Source: Myxococcota bacterium
GTDB taxonomy: Bacteria > Myxococcota_A > UBA796 > CAJQPC01
Reading direction: 5' to 3'
DNA: 64,000 nucleotides
Assembly: GCA_036012755.1 (NCBI GenBank)
Contig: DASCPX010000027.1
Span: 160,001 to 224,000, forward strand
The translations under genes were made by a program, and so were the position numbers. A model generated the notes under the pieces. It saw only the letters and a program-made list of their open reading frames with translations, was not told where the DNA came from and searched no databases. Below, piece after piece: positions 49,624 through 58,474 of the stretch. Positions within the stretch are counted from its first letter, which is position 1, and every line of letters begins with the position of its first letter.

Positions 49624-50551
49624 CGGTGCCCTCGACGATCCGCGCGACCATCGTGCCAGGGAAGACCACTGGCTGGTCGCGCATCGCGGCGATGCGCGCC
49701 GCGCAGGGGCAGCGGACCTCTTCCAGGCGCTCACCCGTCGCGGGGTCGATGACCTCGCCCAGCACCTCGTCCGCCTCGACGGCGTCCCAGGGGGCTTTCC
49801 TCGGCAGGAACAGACCTGCGCGGCCCGCTCGAACCCGGTGTACCTGGCTGTCATCGACGGTGGTCGGGCGGGTGACCGCAGCCCAGTGGAAGGGCAAGGC
49901 CATATCCGGCAACACGCCGAGCACGTTCAAGACGTTCAGCGCTCCCTCGGCGAGCGCCTGGCCGACGCCGGGAGTCAGGCGGTTCCCGGACCCCCCCTCC
50001 AGCGTGAGCGTGGACTCGAACTGGGCTGCGAAGGTGCTCGGAGCCGCCAACCCCGGGTCGCGAAGCCAGACCAGGTTCACGTTCGCGTGGCGAGCGACCT
50101 CGGCCGCGCTCTCCGCGCTGCTGCGCACGTGTGCCTGGGGCGTCTCGCTGAAGGCCGGATGGGCGCCACGCAGCTCGATGATCTGGTCCGCCCCGTCGAG
50201 ATCCTGGATCAGCTTCCATGCCACGACGTCAGGGGCATGGGCGTCGGGGCGCCCTGGGAAGCGGCGATTGAGATCCTGGTCGAAGAAGGGCCAGTGGCGA
50301 ATGCCCCTGTGGGCCGCGAGCGGATTGATGCAGGGATAGATGTCCACGCACCCGGAGAGGACCTCGTGGTGCTGCCCGAGGATCGCCGCGACGGTGTGGG
50401 CAACGCGGACTCCCTCCGGAGTGTCACCGCGGATGCCCGCGACGATCGCCACCCGAGGACCTTCGCCCGCCTCGAAGCGCTTTCGGACGATGTCGACCGA
50501 ATCCCCGGAGGGCATTCCGATCGAGTGCAGGACGTCCAGGCTAGCGCTCAC
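49616..50551 (-). CDS. M14 succinylglutamate desuccinylase/aspartoacylase-family protein A (Zn ligands substituted)
   Basis: GIRGDT, DLNRRFPG, IELRG..ETPQAH, TLEGG; paralog of the adjacent gene. Confidence 0.8.
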   Translation of the reverse strand: MSASLDVLHSIGMPSGDSVDIVRKRFEAGEGPRVAIVAGIRGDTPEGVRVAHTVAAILGQHHEVLSGCVDIYPCINPLAAHRGIRHWPFFDQDLNRRFPGRPDAHAPDVVAWKLIQDLDGADQIIELRGAHPAFSETPQAHVRSSAESAAEVARHANVNLVWLRDPGLAAPSTFAAQFESTLTLEGGSGNRLTPGVGQALAEGALNVLNVLGVLPDMALPFHWAAVTRPTTVDDSQVHRVRAGRAGLFLPRKAPWDAVEADEVLGEVIDPATGERLEEVRCPCAARIAAMRDQPVVFPGTMVARIVEGTDG

Positions 50552-50568
50552 GCCAAGGCCTTATCCGC

Positions 50569-51033
50569 TCAGACCGCGCTGGCGACGATCGCCGCGTATC
50601 CCTGGGCGGCGGCTTCGTACGCCGTGCCGACGAAGAGTCGCAAGTGGCGGTCGACAGCGTCCGGATCGTCCACCGCGCGCTCGACCACGGCTTCGCTTCG
50701 CAGCTGCCAGGCCTCGGCGGCTCGTTGCCGCGTGACCCCTCGCACGATCTCCGTGCCCTCGGCCGTCGCGAGTTCGCGCGCCGTAGCGCGGACCCAGGTG
50801 GCGACGTCGTCGATGGCCTTGCGCGCCGCGACCCGGACGTCGCCTTCGCGGAGCAGGACCGCGTCGAACTCGGCCAGCGCCGAGTCAGAGCGGACGTTCG
50901 CTGTCTTCCGCCAGCGCGCGAGACGGTCGGGGGTGGGAAGTCGAACCATCCGCGGGTCGAGTACGGGCAGGTTCGGAAAGAGGTGGTCCTCTAGGTCCCT
51001 GTGGGTCCGGAGGACTCGGAGCGTCGGCGTCAT
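50569..51033 (-). CDS. Hypothetical protein, first gene of a long minus-strand run
   Basis: ORF with typical codon bias downstream of a sigma70-like promoter. Confidence 0.6.
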   Translation of the reverse strand: MTPTLRVLRTHRDLEDHLFPNLPVLDPRMVRLPTPDRLARWRKTANVRSDSALAEFDAVLLREGDVRVAARKAIDDVATWVRATARELATAEGTEIVRGVTRQRAAEAWQLRSEAVVERAVDDPDAVDRHLRLFVGTAYEAAAQGYAAIVASAV

Positions 51034-51075
51034 GGCAGCTGGGGGAGCGAGGTGCGGCAGCGGGGAGCTGTCTGG

Positions 51076-51104
51076 AGACTACGCCTGCGGTCTCGACACG
51101 TCAA
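51076..51104 (-). promoter_or_regulatory. Putative sigma70 promoter TTGACG-N17-TAGTCT
   Basis: Near-consensus boxes with 17-bp spacer in an intergenic region. Confidence 0.55.
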
Positions 51105-51146
51105 GACTTCCAGAGCCCAGCCGGGGGTCTCTGCTTGAAAAAGCCC

Positions 51147-51174
51147 GGAACGGGGTGAAAGGTATGGCGTCGTA
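51147..51174 (+). promoter_or_regulatory. Putative ECF-type promoter GGAAC-N16-CGTC
   Basis: Matches a common ECF consensus; lies upstream of the S8 protease. Confidence 0.35.
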
Positions 51175-51227
51175 CGCTCGTACAACCTGCGAAGCACACG
51201 GCAAAACACACAGCGTGGAGTGCGCCC

Positions 51228-52934
51228 ATGCGCAGACTGAACGTCGTCCTCATCCTCGTCGCCTGCATCCTGCTGATGTGGATCCTCCGCCCCACCTCAG
51301 CGCTGCGGACCGGCGCGGATGGCGATGCCCCAGAGGCCACCCATGCAAGCGGCGTCGTGGTCTTCGATCTCATCGACGACACACCCCTGTCCGACATCGA
51401 GGCGCTCGAGCGGGATCTCGGCATCGACCTCGAGTACAGCTCCGATGTCAGCGAAGACGAGGCCCTCCTCCGCGCGGAGGTCGACGACGTCGCGGCGATC
51501 GTCGCTGCAGCGCAGGGCAATGCCCTCGTCGAGGTCGTCGAGCCGGTCGTGGAGTTCGAGGTCAGCGGGTACCCGAACGACCCGATGTGGGACCAGCAGT
51601 GGAACATGGAGATGATCGACACCCCCGCGGGTTGGCGCGCTGGCGGTGGCAAGGGCGTGAAGGTCGCGGTCATCGACACCGGCGTGACCTGGGTCGAGGA
51701 TCTCGAGGGCATCCCGATGGGTCCGGGCAAGAGCTTCGTGCCCTTCGTCAAGAAGCCGATCGACGATCACGGCCACGGCACGCACGTCGCGGGCACGATC
51801 GCCCAGGTGACGAACAACGGAAAGGGCGTCGCCGGAGTGGCCCCCAACGTCACGATCATGCCGTACAAGGCGCTGTCCAAGCACGGCTTCGGCTCCAGCG
51901 ACTGGATCGCCGCTGCGATCGACCACGCCGTCGACAACGGGGCGGATGTCATCAACATGAGCCTCGGCGGATCCCACTCGGGCGTCCTCCACAACGCCGC
52001 CGAGAAGGCCGCCGATGCTGGCGTCGTCGTGGTCATCGCTGCCGGAAACTCCGGAAGGAAGGGCGTTGGCTGCCCCGCGCACGGTGACAACGTGATCGGC
52101 GTCTCCGCGGTCGGCCCGGACGACTCCAAGGCCTACTACAGCTCTTGGGGAAAGGGCGTCGAGATCGCCGCCCCCGGAGGTGACACGCGCAAGAGCGGCG
52201 GAGGCATCCTCCAGGACACCATCGACGGCAGCGGCGGCCACAAGTACGCCGCCTTCCAGGGGACGTCGATGGCGACGCCACATGTCGCTGGCGCGGCTGC
52301 CGTCCTCCTCGGCATGGGTCTCGACGCCGAGAGCACCACCGACGTGCTCTTCAAGACCGCCGAGGACAAAGGCGACGAGGGCTTCGACGAGATCTACGGC
52401 CACGGGCGTCTCGACGTCGGCGCCGCCGTCCGAAGGGTCCTGGTGCGCAGCAACGGGCTGAAGTTCGTTCTCGGGGGCCTGATGGCCATCGCGCTCGTCA
52501 TGTTGTCCCGGTTCCGCGGCTCGCAGTCCATTCCGATGGTCGGTGCGGCGGCGCTGTCGGCAGGAGGGCTCTTCTTCCTTCCCCTGCTCCCGATTCCGCC
52601 CAACCCTGTGGTCGAGGTCCTCAGCCGCGACCTGTTGAGCCTCCCCGCCGTCGTAGTCGGCGCGGACTGGGTGCACTTCCCCCTGTGGGCGTCCGCGCTC
52701 CTGCCCGCCGTGCTCGCATTCCTGCTCGGTCCGAGCAAGCGCTTCGGCCCAATCGTCGCGGGCATCTGCGTCGGATTCGGCACCAGCCTGCTCTACGGCG
52801 CAGCCTCTGGCACCCTCGACGTGTGGTGGCTGGGCATGGGCCTGGACAAGGTCTGGCTGTCGCTCAACGGGACCGCATGCCTGCTCGCAGCGATGGCGGT
52901 CGTGGGCCTCCACAAGCTGGAGCGGCCGTCTTGA
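51228..52934 (+). CDS. S8 subtilase with C-terminal multi-TM region
   Basis: VAVIDTG, HGHGTHVAG, AAGN, GTSMATPHVAG. Confidence 0.93.
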   Translation: MRRLNVVLILVACILLMWILRPTSALRTGADGDAPEATHASGVVVFDLIDDTPLSDIEALERDLGIDLEYSSDVSEDEALLRAEVDDVAAIVAAAQGNALVEVVEPVVEFEVSGYPNDPMWDQQWNMEMIDTPAGWRAGGGKGVKVAVIDTGVTWVEDLEGIPMGPGKSFVPFVKKPIDDHGHGTHVAGTIAQVTNNGKGVAGVAPNVTIMPYKALSKHGFGSSDWIAAAIDHAVDNGADVINMSLGGSHSGVLHNAAEKAADAGVVVVIAAGNSGRKGVGCPAHGDNVIGVSAVGPDDSKAYYSSWGKGVEIAAPGGDTRKSGGGILQDTIDGSGGHKYAAFQGTSMATPHVAGAAAVLLGMGLDAESTTDVLFKTAEDKGDEGFDEIYGHGRLDVGAAVRRVLVRSNGLKFVLGGLMAIALVMLSRFRGSQSIPMVGAAALSAGGLFFLPLLPIPPNPVVEVLSRDLLSLPAVVVGADWVHFPLWASALLPAVLAFLLGPSKRFGPIVAGICVGFGTSLLYGAASGTLDVWWLGMGLDKVWLSLNGTACLLAAMAVVGLHKLERPS

Positions 52935-53143
52935 CGCTCACCGGTACCCTCTCGCGGGAGTTCTTCGGCGGGCCTCTCTGGGTGCTGCGTTCAGACGACG
53001 GCGCCAGCTACCAGCTCAACGGCGAGGTGCCAGAGAAGCTCGAGGGCTGCCGCGTGCGGGTTCGCGCGAAGAAGGCCAAGGGCCAGTTCGGCATCGCGAT
53101 GATCGGCGAGATCCTCGACCTCAGCTCGATCGAGGCTGAATAG
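52931..53143 (+). CDS. Small OB-fold-like protein (DUF5818-like)
   Basis: TTGA overlap; MTLTGTL..GG..WVLRSDDGASYQL. Confidence 0.55.
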   Translation: MTLTGTLSREFFGGPLWVLRSDDGASYQLNGEVPEKLEGCRVRVRAKKAKGQFGIAMIGEILDLSSIEAE

Positions 53144-53149
53144 GCTGGC

Positions 53150-54289
53150 TCAGTCGCCCCGCCAGTTCGGCGATGAGCACTCCACGACACCGTCGACGGG
53201 CTCGCACTCGTAGACGCCACGAGCGGCGACGAAGACCGAGCCCTTCAGCTTCAAGGTGCCGTCGAAGCCCGTGACCTGGCATGGGCCCGCCTTCACCTCG
53301 CGGGCGTAGCAGGTCGGGTCGCACACCAGGGGCGCCGCGTCGCGACAGGTGACCGTCGGACTCGCGAGCCCCTTCATCACGAACTTCACCTTGTCGACGG
53401 TGTGGGTCGGGAGGACCTCCGTCGTGTCCCCATGCTCGCGGATGACGATGACCTCGCTCGGAACCTCGACGGTCTCCTTCACGACGAGCAGCATCGGCTC
53501 GCCCCCCTCCCCCAGCGTGTCCTTGAACTGGATGCCCGTGGACAGCGCCAGGTCATGATCATGGTGACCAGCCTGTGATGGGTTCTGGCGACTGCCGGTG
53601 TCGCGCGGGACCGCGATGACCAGGTAGCGATAGAGCTCGGCGGGGGTGATGACGTTGTCACGGGTGGTGTCGGCGCCGCCGGTGATCGCGTCGATGAAGT
53701 GCTTGGCGAAGACCTCGCTGAAGCCGGTCTCCCCCAGCGACGTCGCGGACAGGTGGTAGGTGTTCGGGACATCCGGCCAGCTGCTGGCGACCGGTCCGAC
53801 GAGCGCGAGATCTCCAAGGGAGGCGCCGTGCGCGGCATCGGTCACCAGCGCGTAGGAGCCCGCCTGAAGCCACTCGGGGAGGCTCTCTCCCAGGGCCGAC
53901 ACCGACAGGGAGGTGCCCGGCAGGTCGTCCGCCGAGGTGTCGTAGGTCAGCAGATAGGGGTCGTCGAAGTCCGCCCCCACGCCCTGGCCGACGAAGTAGA
54001 CGAGCACGGTGTCCCGGTAGGTGACCAGCGGCGCCAACTCCTCGCGGAAGAGGCGCTCGAGCCGCTCCTTGGTGGCCTCCGAGTCCGTGATGAGGCGGAC
54101 GTCGTCGTAGTTGGCCTCCTCGCGCAGGGCCAGGGCCACCCGGGCGGCGTCACCATGCGCAGCCGGCAGCATCAGCTCGGCCGGGAGGGACTCGTAGGTG
54201 GAGATGCCGACGACGACGGCGTAGCGTCTCGCGACGGGCTCCTCCGGGGGTTCCTGGGCCAGGGCCGCCAGCGAGAGCGCCAGGATCAC
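53150..54289 (-). CDS. Exported caspase-like (C14) protein lacking the catalytic dyad
   Basis: RYAVVVGISTY, DSEATKE, YFVGQG (His to Gln), TDAAHG (Cys to Ala), GGADT..DNVIT..EL. Confidence 0.8.
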   Translation of the reverse strand: MILALSLAALAQEPPEEPVARRYAVVVGISTYESLPAELMLPAAHGDAARVALALREEANYDDVRLITDSEATKERLERLFREELAPLVTYRDTVLVYFVGQGVGADFDDPYLLTYDTSADDLPGTSLSVSALGESLPEWLQAGSYALVTDAAHGASLGDLALVGPVASSWPDVPNTYHLSATSLGETGFSEVFAKHFIDAITGGADTTRDNVITPAELYRYLVIAVPRDTGSRQNPSQAGHHDHDLALSTGIQFKDTLGEGGEPMLLVVKETVEVPSEVIVIREHGDTTEVLPTHTVDKVKFVMKGLASPTVTCRDAAPLVCDPTCYAREVKAGPCQVTGFDGTLKLKGSVFVAARGVYECEPVDGVVECSSPNWRGD

Positions 54290-54810
54290 GCGCCCTCCTC
54301 GAGCTCTGCCAGCAGCCCCTCGAGCTTCTCGATGATCTCGGGAGTGCTCTCCGTCGCGGGTGCGGCCTTGACCTCTTCGAGGAGCTCCCGCTGCCGGGCC
54401 AGTTCGGCTGCCACGTCGGCGTTGGCGTCGCGGCTCGCCGCGTGGACACTCTTCGACATCTCGCGGCAGGCCGTCGAGAGCTCGGCGTCCGAGTTGTGCA
54501 GCTCCATGGCCAGGTGCTGCCAGGTCGGACCGGCCGTGGTTGCGAACTCCCCAAAGGACGCGTCCCGGTTCTCCATCGCCTGGGCCGCGAGGGGGTTGGG
54601 GTTGGCCGCCGCTTCCGGGTCCTTCTTGATGGCGCCGACCTCGACCTTGTTCCTGGGGTCGCGGGTCTCCTCCGACTCGACGGAACCGACGGTCTCGGCC
54701 CCGATCTCCGGACCGTCCTTCGGACCGGAGGGTTGGGTGGAGAGAAAGAGCAGCACGGCAGCGCCGATACCAACCAGCCCTCCGAGCCCTATGACGAGGT
54801 TCTTGTTCAT
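54286..54810 (-). CDS. Membrane-anchored hypothetical protein
   Basis: GAGG SD; N-terminal TM segment MNKNLVIGLGGLVGIGAAVLLF. Confidence 0.65.
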   Translation of the reverse strand: MNKNLVIGLGGLVGIGAAVLLFLSTQPSGPKDGPEIGAETVGSVESEETRDPRNKVEVGAIKKDPEAAANPNPLAAQAMENRDASFGEFATTAGPTWQHLAMELHNSDAELSTACREMSKSVHAASRDANADVAAELARQRELLEEVKAAPATESTPEIIEKLEGLLAELEEGA

Positions 54811-54818
54811 TGTCGTCC

Positions 54819-56075
54819 TCAGCCCAGGTTCCTGTAGAGACCCACGACGACGGTCTTGTCGTCCCCGCCCATGTTGGCGGTCAGGCCCACGCTCGGGGTG
54901 GTGGCGACCTGGTAGTCGCCGCACCGCCCCTTCATCTGCCGGTGGATCTCCACCGCCTGCTTGACGCCGGTGGCGCCGACCGGGTGGCCGAAGCCGACCA
55001 GCCCGCCGCCGGTGTTGACGGGGAGTCGCCCGTCGATCTCCGTGACGCCTTCCGCGAGCAGCGCGGCGCCTCGTCCCGCATCGGCGAAGCCCAGAGCCTC
55101 GTACATCAGGATCTCTGTCAGCGTGAAGCAGTCGTGGACCTCTGCCACCCGGACATCGCCCGCGTTCACGCCGGCGGCGGCGTAGGCGCGCTCGGCCGCG
55201 AGGCGCGTGGTGTCCAGCGCCGTGGGATCACCGTCCTCGTAGAGGCTGGTCGTGGCGTGGCCCAGGCCGACGATCTCGATGGCATCCGCCTCCCTGAGGC
55301 CCAGCTTGGCGAGCCCCTCCTGGGTGACGAGGAACATCGCGCTGGCGCCGTCTGACACCTGTGAGCAGTCCGTGACCTTGAGGTAGGGGTTGAATTCCTC
55401 GTTCGCGAGGAAGTTCGGGTTCCGATCGCTGGCGGCGGCGGCGTACTCGAGCGTCATCGAGGCGGCGCGCATGTGGGCGAGCGGGTTCTTGTTCGCGTTG
55501 CCGTAGGCCTTCACGGCGGCGCGCGCGATCTCCTCTTCCGTCGTCCCGTACCGCTGTCGGTAGTACCGGGTCCGTCGTGCGAAGAGCGCGGGGAAGGTGA
55601 AGTCGTCGATGGAGCGCTGGCGCTCGTAGTCCGCAGCCCGAGCGAGGTAGTCGCCGCCGACACGCGCCGACGCCGTCGTCTGGACCTCGACGCCCGCGAC
55701 GAGGACAACGTCCGCACCAGCGCGGAGCGCATCGACGCCACAGGCCATGGCCAGCCCGCCGCTGGCGCAGGCGCCCTCGACACGCATGCACGGCTTGCCC
55801 CCGAGCGCCGGATCGACCCCCGCCAGCGCCGCGCCGAGGTGACCCTGGTTCACGAACAGCTCCCCCACGAAGTTGGCGACGTAGCCCTTGTCGACCTGAG
55901 CCAGATCCGCCCCGGTCGCCTCGGCCGCGTCCGCCACCGCCTGGGTGAGCAGCTCCCTCAGCGTCGGGTTGTTTCGCTTGCCGAAGTCAGGGTGGCGCTT
56001 CCAGATGAAATCGGGGTGCCCCTTGCCGATGAACGGCGTGTGGGCACCACCGGCGACGAAGACCCTGCGGTCCAT
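54819..56075 (-). CDS. SCP2-type thiolase (acetyl-CoA acyltransferase)
   Basis: EGACASG, VSDGA, EVHDCF, GHPVGATG, NMGG. Confidence 0.92.
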   Translation of the reverse strand: MDRRVFVAGGAHTPFIGKGHPDFIWKRHPDFGKRNNPTLRELLTQAVADAAEATGADLAQVDKGYVANFVGELFVNQGHLGAALAGVDPALGGKPCMRVEGACASGGLAMACGVDALRAGADVVLVAGVEVQTTASARVGGDYLARAADYERQRSIDDFTFPALFARRTRYYRQRYGTTEEEIARAAVKAYGNANKNPLAHMRAASMTLEYAAAASDRNPNFLANEEFNPYLKVTDCSQVSDGASAMFLVTQEGLAKLGLREADAIEIVGLGHATTSLYEDGDPTALDTTRLAAERAYAAAGVNAGDVRVAEVHDCFTLTEILMYEALGFADAGRGAALLAEGVTEIDGRLPVNTGGGLVGFGHPVGATGVKQAVEIHRQMKGRCGDYQVATTPSVGLTANMGGDDKTVVVGLYRNLG

Positions 56076-56129
56076 GCGTGGCTCCGGGTGGAGGTGGTCT
56101 CCACTCCTAACCGCGTCTGGCGATCCCGG

Positions 56130-56381
56130 CTAGGCCGACGCCCGCCGCTGTTCTCGCAGGATGCCCTCCACCTCCGGGTGCACCTGGTAGAGCGTGATGA
56201 CGGTGCCGAAGGTGTTCTTCCACTGACGGACACGCTCACGGCTCACGCCGAACTCGTTCGCGATCGCCTGTCCAGATTCGTTCGCCGCGAGGGCCTCGAG
56301 CAGTCGACGGAATCGACTGCGACCGTAGGACTTGATGAAGTTACGAGCGACGCGTTCGCGACTCTTCGCCGAGGCAGCCAT
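56130..56381 (-). CDS. Stand-alone sigma70 region-4-like HTH protein (83 aa)
   Basis: SGQAIANEFGVSRERVRQW resembles sigma4.2 (TLEEIG..FGVTRERVRQIE); GGGAG SD. Confidence 0.65.
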   Translation of the reverse strand: MAASAKSRERVARNFIKSYGRSRFRRLLEALAANESGQAIANEFGVSRERVRQWKNTFGTVITLYQVHPEVEGILREQRRASA

Positions 56382-56460
56382 GCTCTCGTCTCCCTGATGT
56401 GCCACATGAAGGATGCGGCGAGGTTCTTCCGTTCCGCGTTGGGACCTTGGTCCCGAGAAA

Positions 56461-56488
56461 ACCTTACCACGAGTTGTTGACACGTCAA
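56461..56488 (-). promoter_or_regulatory. Putative sigma70 promoter TTGACG-N16-(TGG)TAAGGT with TTGAC-N2-GTCAA inverted repeat over the -35
   Basis: Seen directly in an AT-richer intergenic region. Confidence 0.55.
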
Positions 56489-56564
56489 TCGTTCGCGACG
56501 GAATCGGCCCAAAGAGCGCCTTCTTCCCGCACGATGCGCCGGCGATCGCGCCAACTCTCAGGTG

Positions 56565-57422
56565 CTACTCGAAGGGCAGTCTGGACGATCGTGCACTCAG
56601 ATGGCCGCTGTTGGTAGCGATCCCCAACTCGGTGCCTGGCTCCCAGGCCGCCGGTCTCAACACGGCGAGCGCGAGTGTGCGACCATCGACGGTTGCCTCG
56701 GACGAGACGACGCCGAGCTGGTCCTCTCCCAGGAGGACCGCACCGCCAGTGCTCCCCTCCCCGTCCACGACGAGACCGGTCAACCGCTTGTTGACCTTGC
56801 CCATCGTGTCCATCCGGTTGATGACCTCCTGCCCGACGTAGCAGCCCTTGTCGAAGGCGCAGATCCGATCGCGCAGACCCATCTCGTGGACAAAGGCACG
56901 CTCGCCGAAGTCCACCGGCCAACGGGGCAGGCCCGCCTGGATGCGGAGACCCTCGAGGACCTCGACGGATGTGTCCGGACCGAGACTGACCCCGATCAGG
57001 TCGAAGCCGGAAAGGCCGCAGCGATCCGTGGCCGCGATCCAGCCTCCACCGTGGGCAACTATGCCATCCGGGACGGGCAGCCCGTGGGCCTCGAGGATGG
57101 CAGCGCTGTCCTCGCCCACCACGTGCACGATCCCGTGGCTGGAGGTGAGGTCCTCCAGCTCGATGGGGTCCATGATGATGTACATGTCCAGGCGCCGAGC
57201 GACCTCCTCGACATCCGCGCCGTCGATCACCAGGAGCGCCTGGTCGGGTGCGAGGCACCAGGCGTCGAGCAGCGCGAGCAGGCGACCCTTGCTGTCCGCC
57301 ATGCCCGAGTGCCCGCCCTGTCCCGGCCGCCGGAAGGCGTTCGTCAGCATGCTGTTGCAGAAGCGCGGTGTGTCGCTTCCAGTCAGCCGCAAAACACCCG
57401 GGTTCCCGAGGTCGATGATCAC
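56565..57422 (-). CDS. ygfZ: YgfZ/GcvT folate-binding protein
   Basis: KGCYVGQEV signature; GTGA overlap start (longest ORF starts at 57440). Confidence 0.88.
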   Translation of the reverse strand: MIIDLGNPGVLRLTGSDTPRFCNSMLTNAFRRPGQGGHSGMADSKGRLLALLDAWCLAPDQALLVIDGADVEEVARRLDMYIIMDPIELEDLTSSHGIVHVVGEDSAAILEAHGLPVPDGIVAHGGGWIAATDRCGLSGFDLIGVSLGPDTSVEVLEGLRIQAGLPRWPVDFGERAFVHEMGLRDRICAFDKGCYVGQEVINRMDTMGKVNKRLTGLVVDGEGSTGGAVLLGEDQLGVVSSEATVDGRTLALAVLRPAAWEPGTELGIATNSGHLSARSSRLPFE

Positions 57423-58180
57423 GGGCTCTCCATCGTCCACACCGAGCCCTCGGCCTGGTCCGCGACGTAGAGGAGACCACCCAGGACCTCGATGGATCCT
57501 GGCCGCCCAGGACCGCTGCCGAGGACCCTGCCTCCAACCTCCCGGACCCCCATGAGGCCAGACGCCAAGAGCGTGCCGGTGCTCCCGTCCAGGGCGTGGG
57601 CCTCTGTGGCGTCGAGCTCGTCGCCATCGACGAACACACCGCTGTCCGTGCCCGTGACGAGCTCTCCGTCGAAGACGGTCACAGACAGAACCGCGATGTC
57701 CTTTTCGTAGACCGTCGCCGAGCTGCCGTCCGGCTCGACGGTCCAGACCACCTCTGCCACGGGGTCTGCGACGAGGAGTCGACCATCCAGCCAGGTGATG
57801 TCAGCGGGCCGGCGCATCGGCAGGCCGGCATCTCCGGCCTCGGCCAGGACCGTGACGTTCCGTCCACCTTCGAAGACGCCCACCCAGCCCGCAATGCTGT
57901 TGTCCGTGCCCGTCAGGTAGACGGTGCCGTCGTGGACGAGGACGCCCAGCAGCTGACCGAGGTCGTGGCCGACCTCTTCGACCTCGTCGTCCTCCGGAGA
58001 CCACGACCACAGCGAGCCTCCGAACTGCGCTGTGGAGAGCAGCCGGTCACCATCGACAGCGAGGTCCCAGGCGAGGTTGTCCACCGCCCACGCGACAGCC
58101 ATCGAGGCGCCTGGAGCGGAGGGGTCACCCGTGCCGTATCGGGTGGAGCCGTCCGTGCAGGCGAGGAGGAGCGTCAGCAC
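57419..58180 (-). CDS. Beta-propeller (NHL/SMP-30-like) lipoprotein
   Basis: MLTLLLA-C; RPADITW..LLVAD, LLYVADQ. Confidence 0.65.
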   Translation of the reverse strand: MLTLLLACTDGSTRYGTGDPSAPGASMAVAWAVDNLAWDLAVDGDRLLSTAQFGGSLWSWSPEDDEVEEVGHDLGQLLGVLVHDGTVYLTGTDNSIAGWVGVFEGGRNVTVLAEAGDAGLPMRRPADITWLDGRLLVADPVAEVVWTVEPDGSSATVYEKDIAVLSVTVFDGELVTGTDSGVFVDGDELDATEAHALDGSTGTLLASGLMGVREVGGRVLGSGPGRPGSIEVLGGLLYVADQAEGSVWTMESP

Positions 58181-58190
58181 GCTCCGGATT

Positions 58191-58397
58191 CTAGTCGATC
58201 CGCGTGTAGGGGAGAAGCGCCAGGTGGCGGGCGCGCTTGATCGCCGTGGTGATCTGGCGCTGCTGCTTGGCGGAGAGTCCCGTCAGGCGACGGGGCAGGA
58301 TCTTGCCCCCCTCCGTCAGGAACTTCTTGAGGGTGTCGACATCCTTGTAGTCGATTTTTTCGATCTTGCCGATGCGCGGGGAGCGACGTCGTGCCAT
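58191..58397 (-). CDS. rpsR: 30S ribosomal protein S18
   Basis: [48 protein letters not shown]. Confidence 0.96.
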   Translation of the reverse strand: MARRRSPRIGKIEKIDYKDVDTLKKFLTEGGKILPRRLTGLSAKQQRQITTAIKRARHLALLPYTRID

Positions 58398-58474
58398 GGG
58401 GTTCTCCGAGTGCCGCAACGAGGGCGTGACGAGAGGCCAGCCGGGTTAATCCGCCAGGTGGTGGCGGGCAAGGC

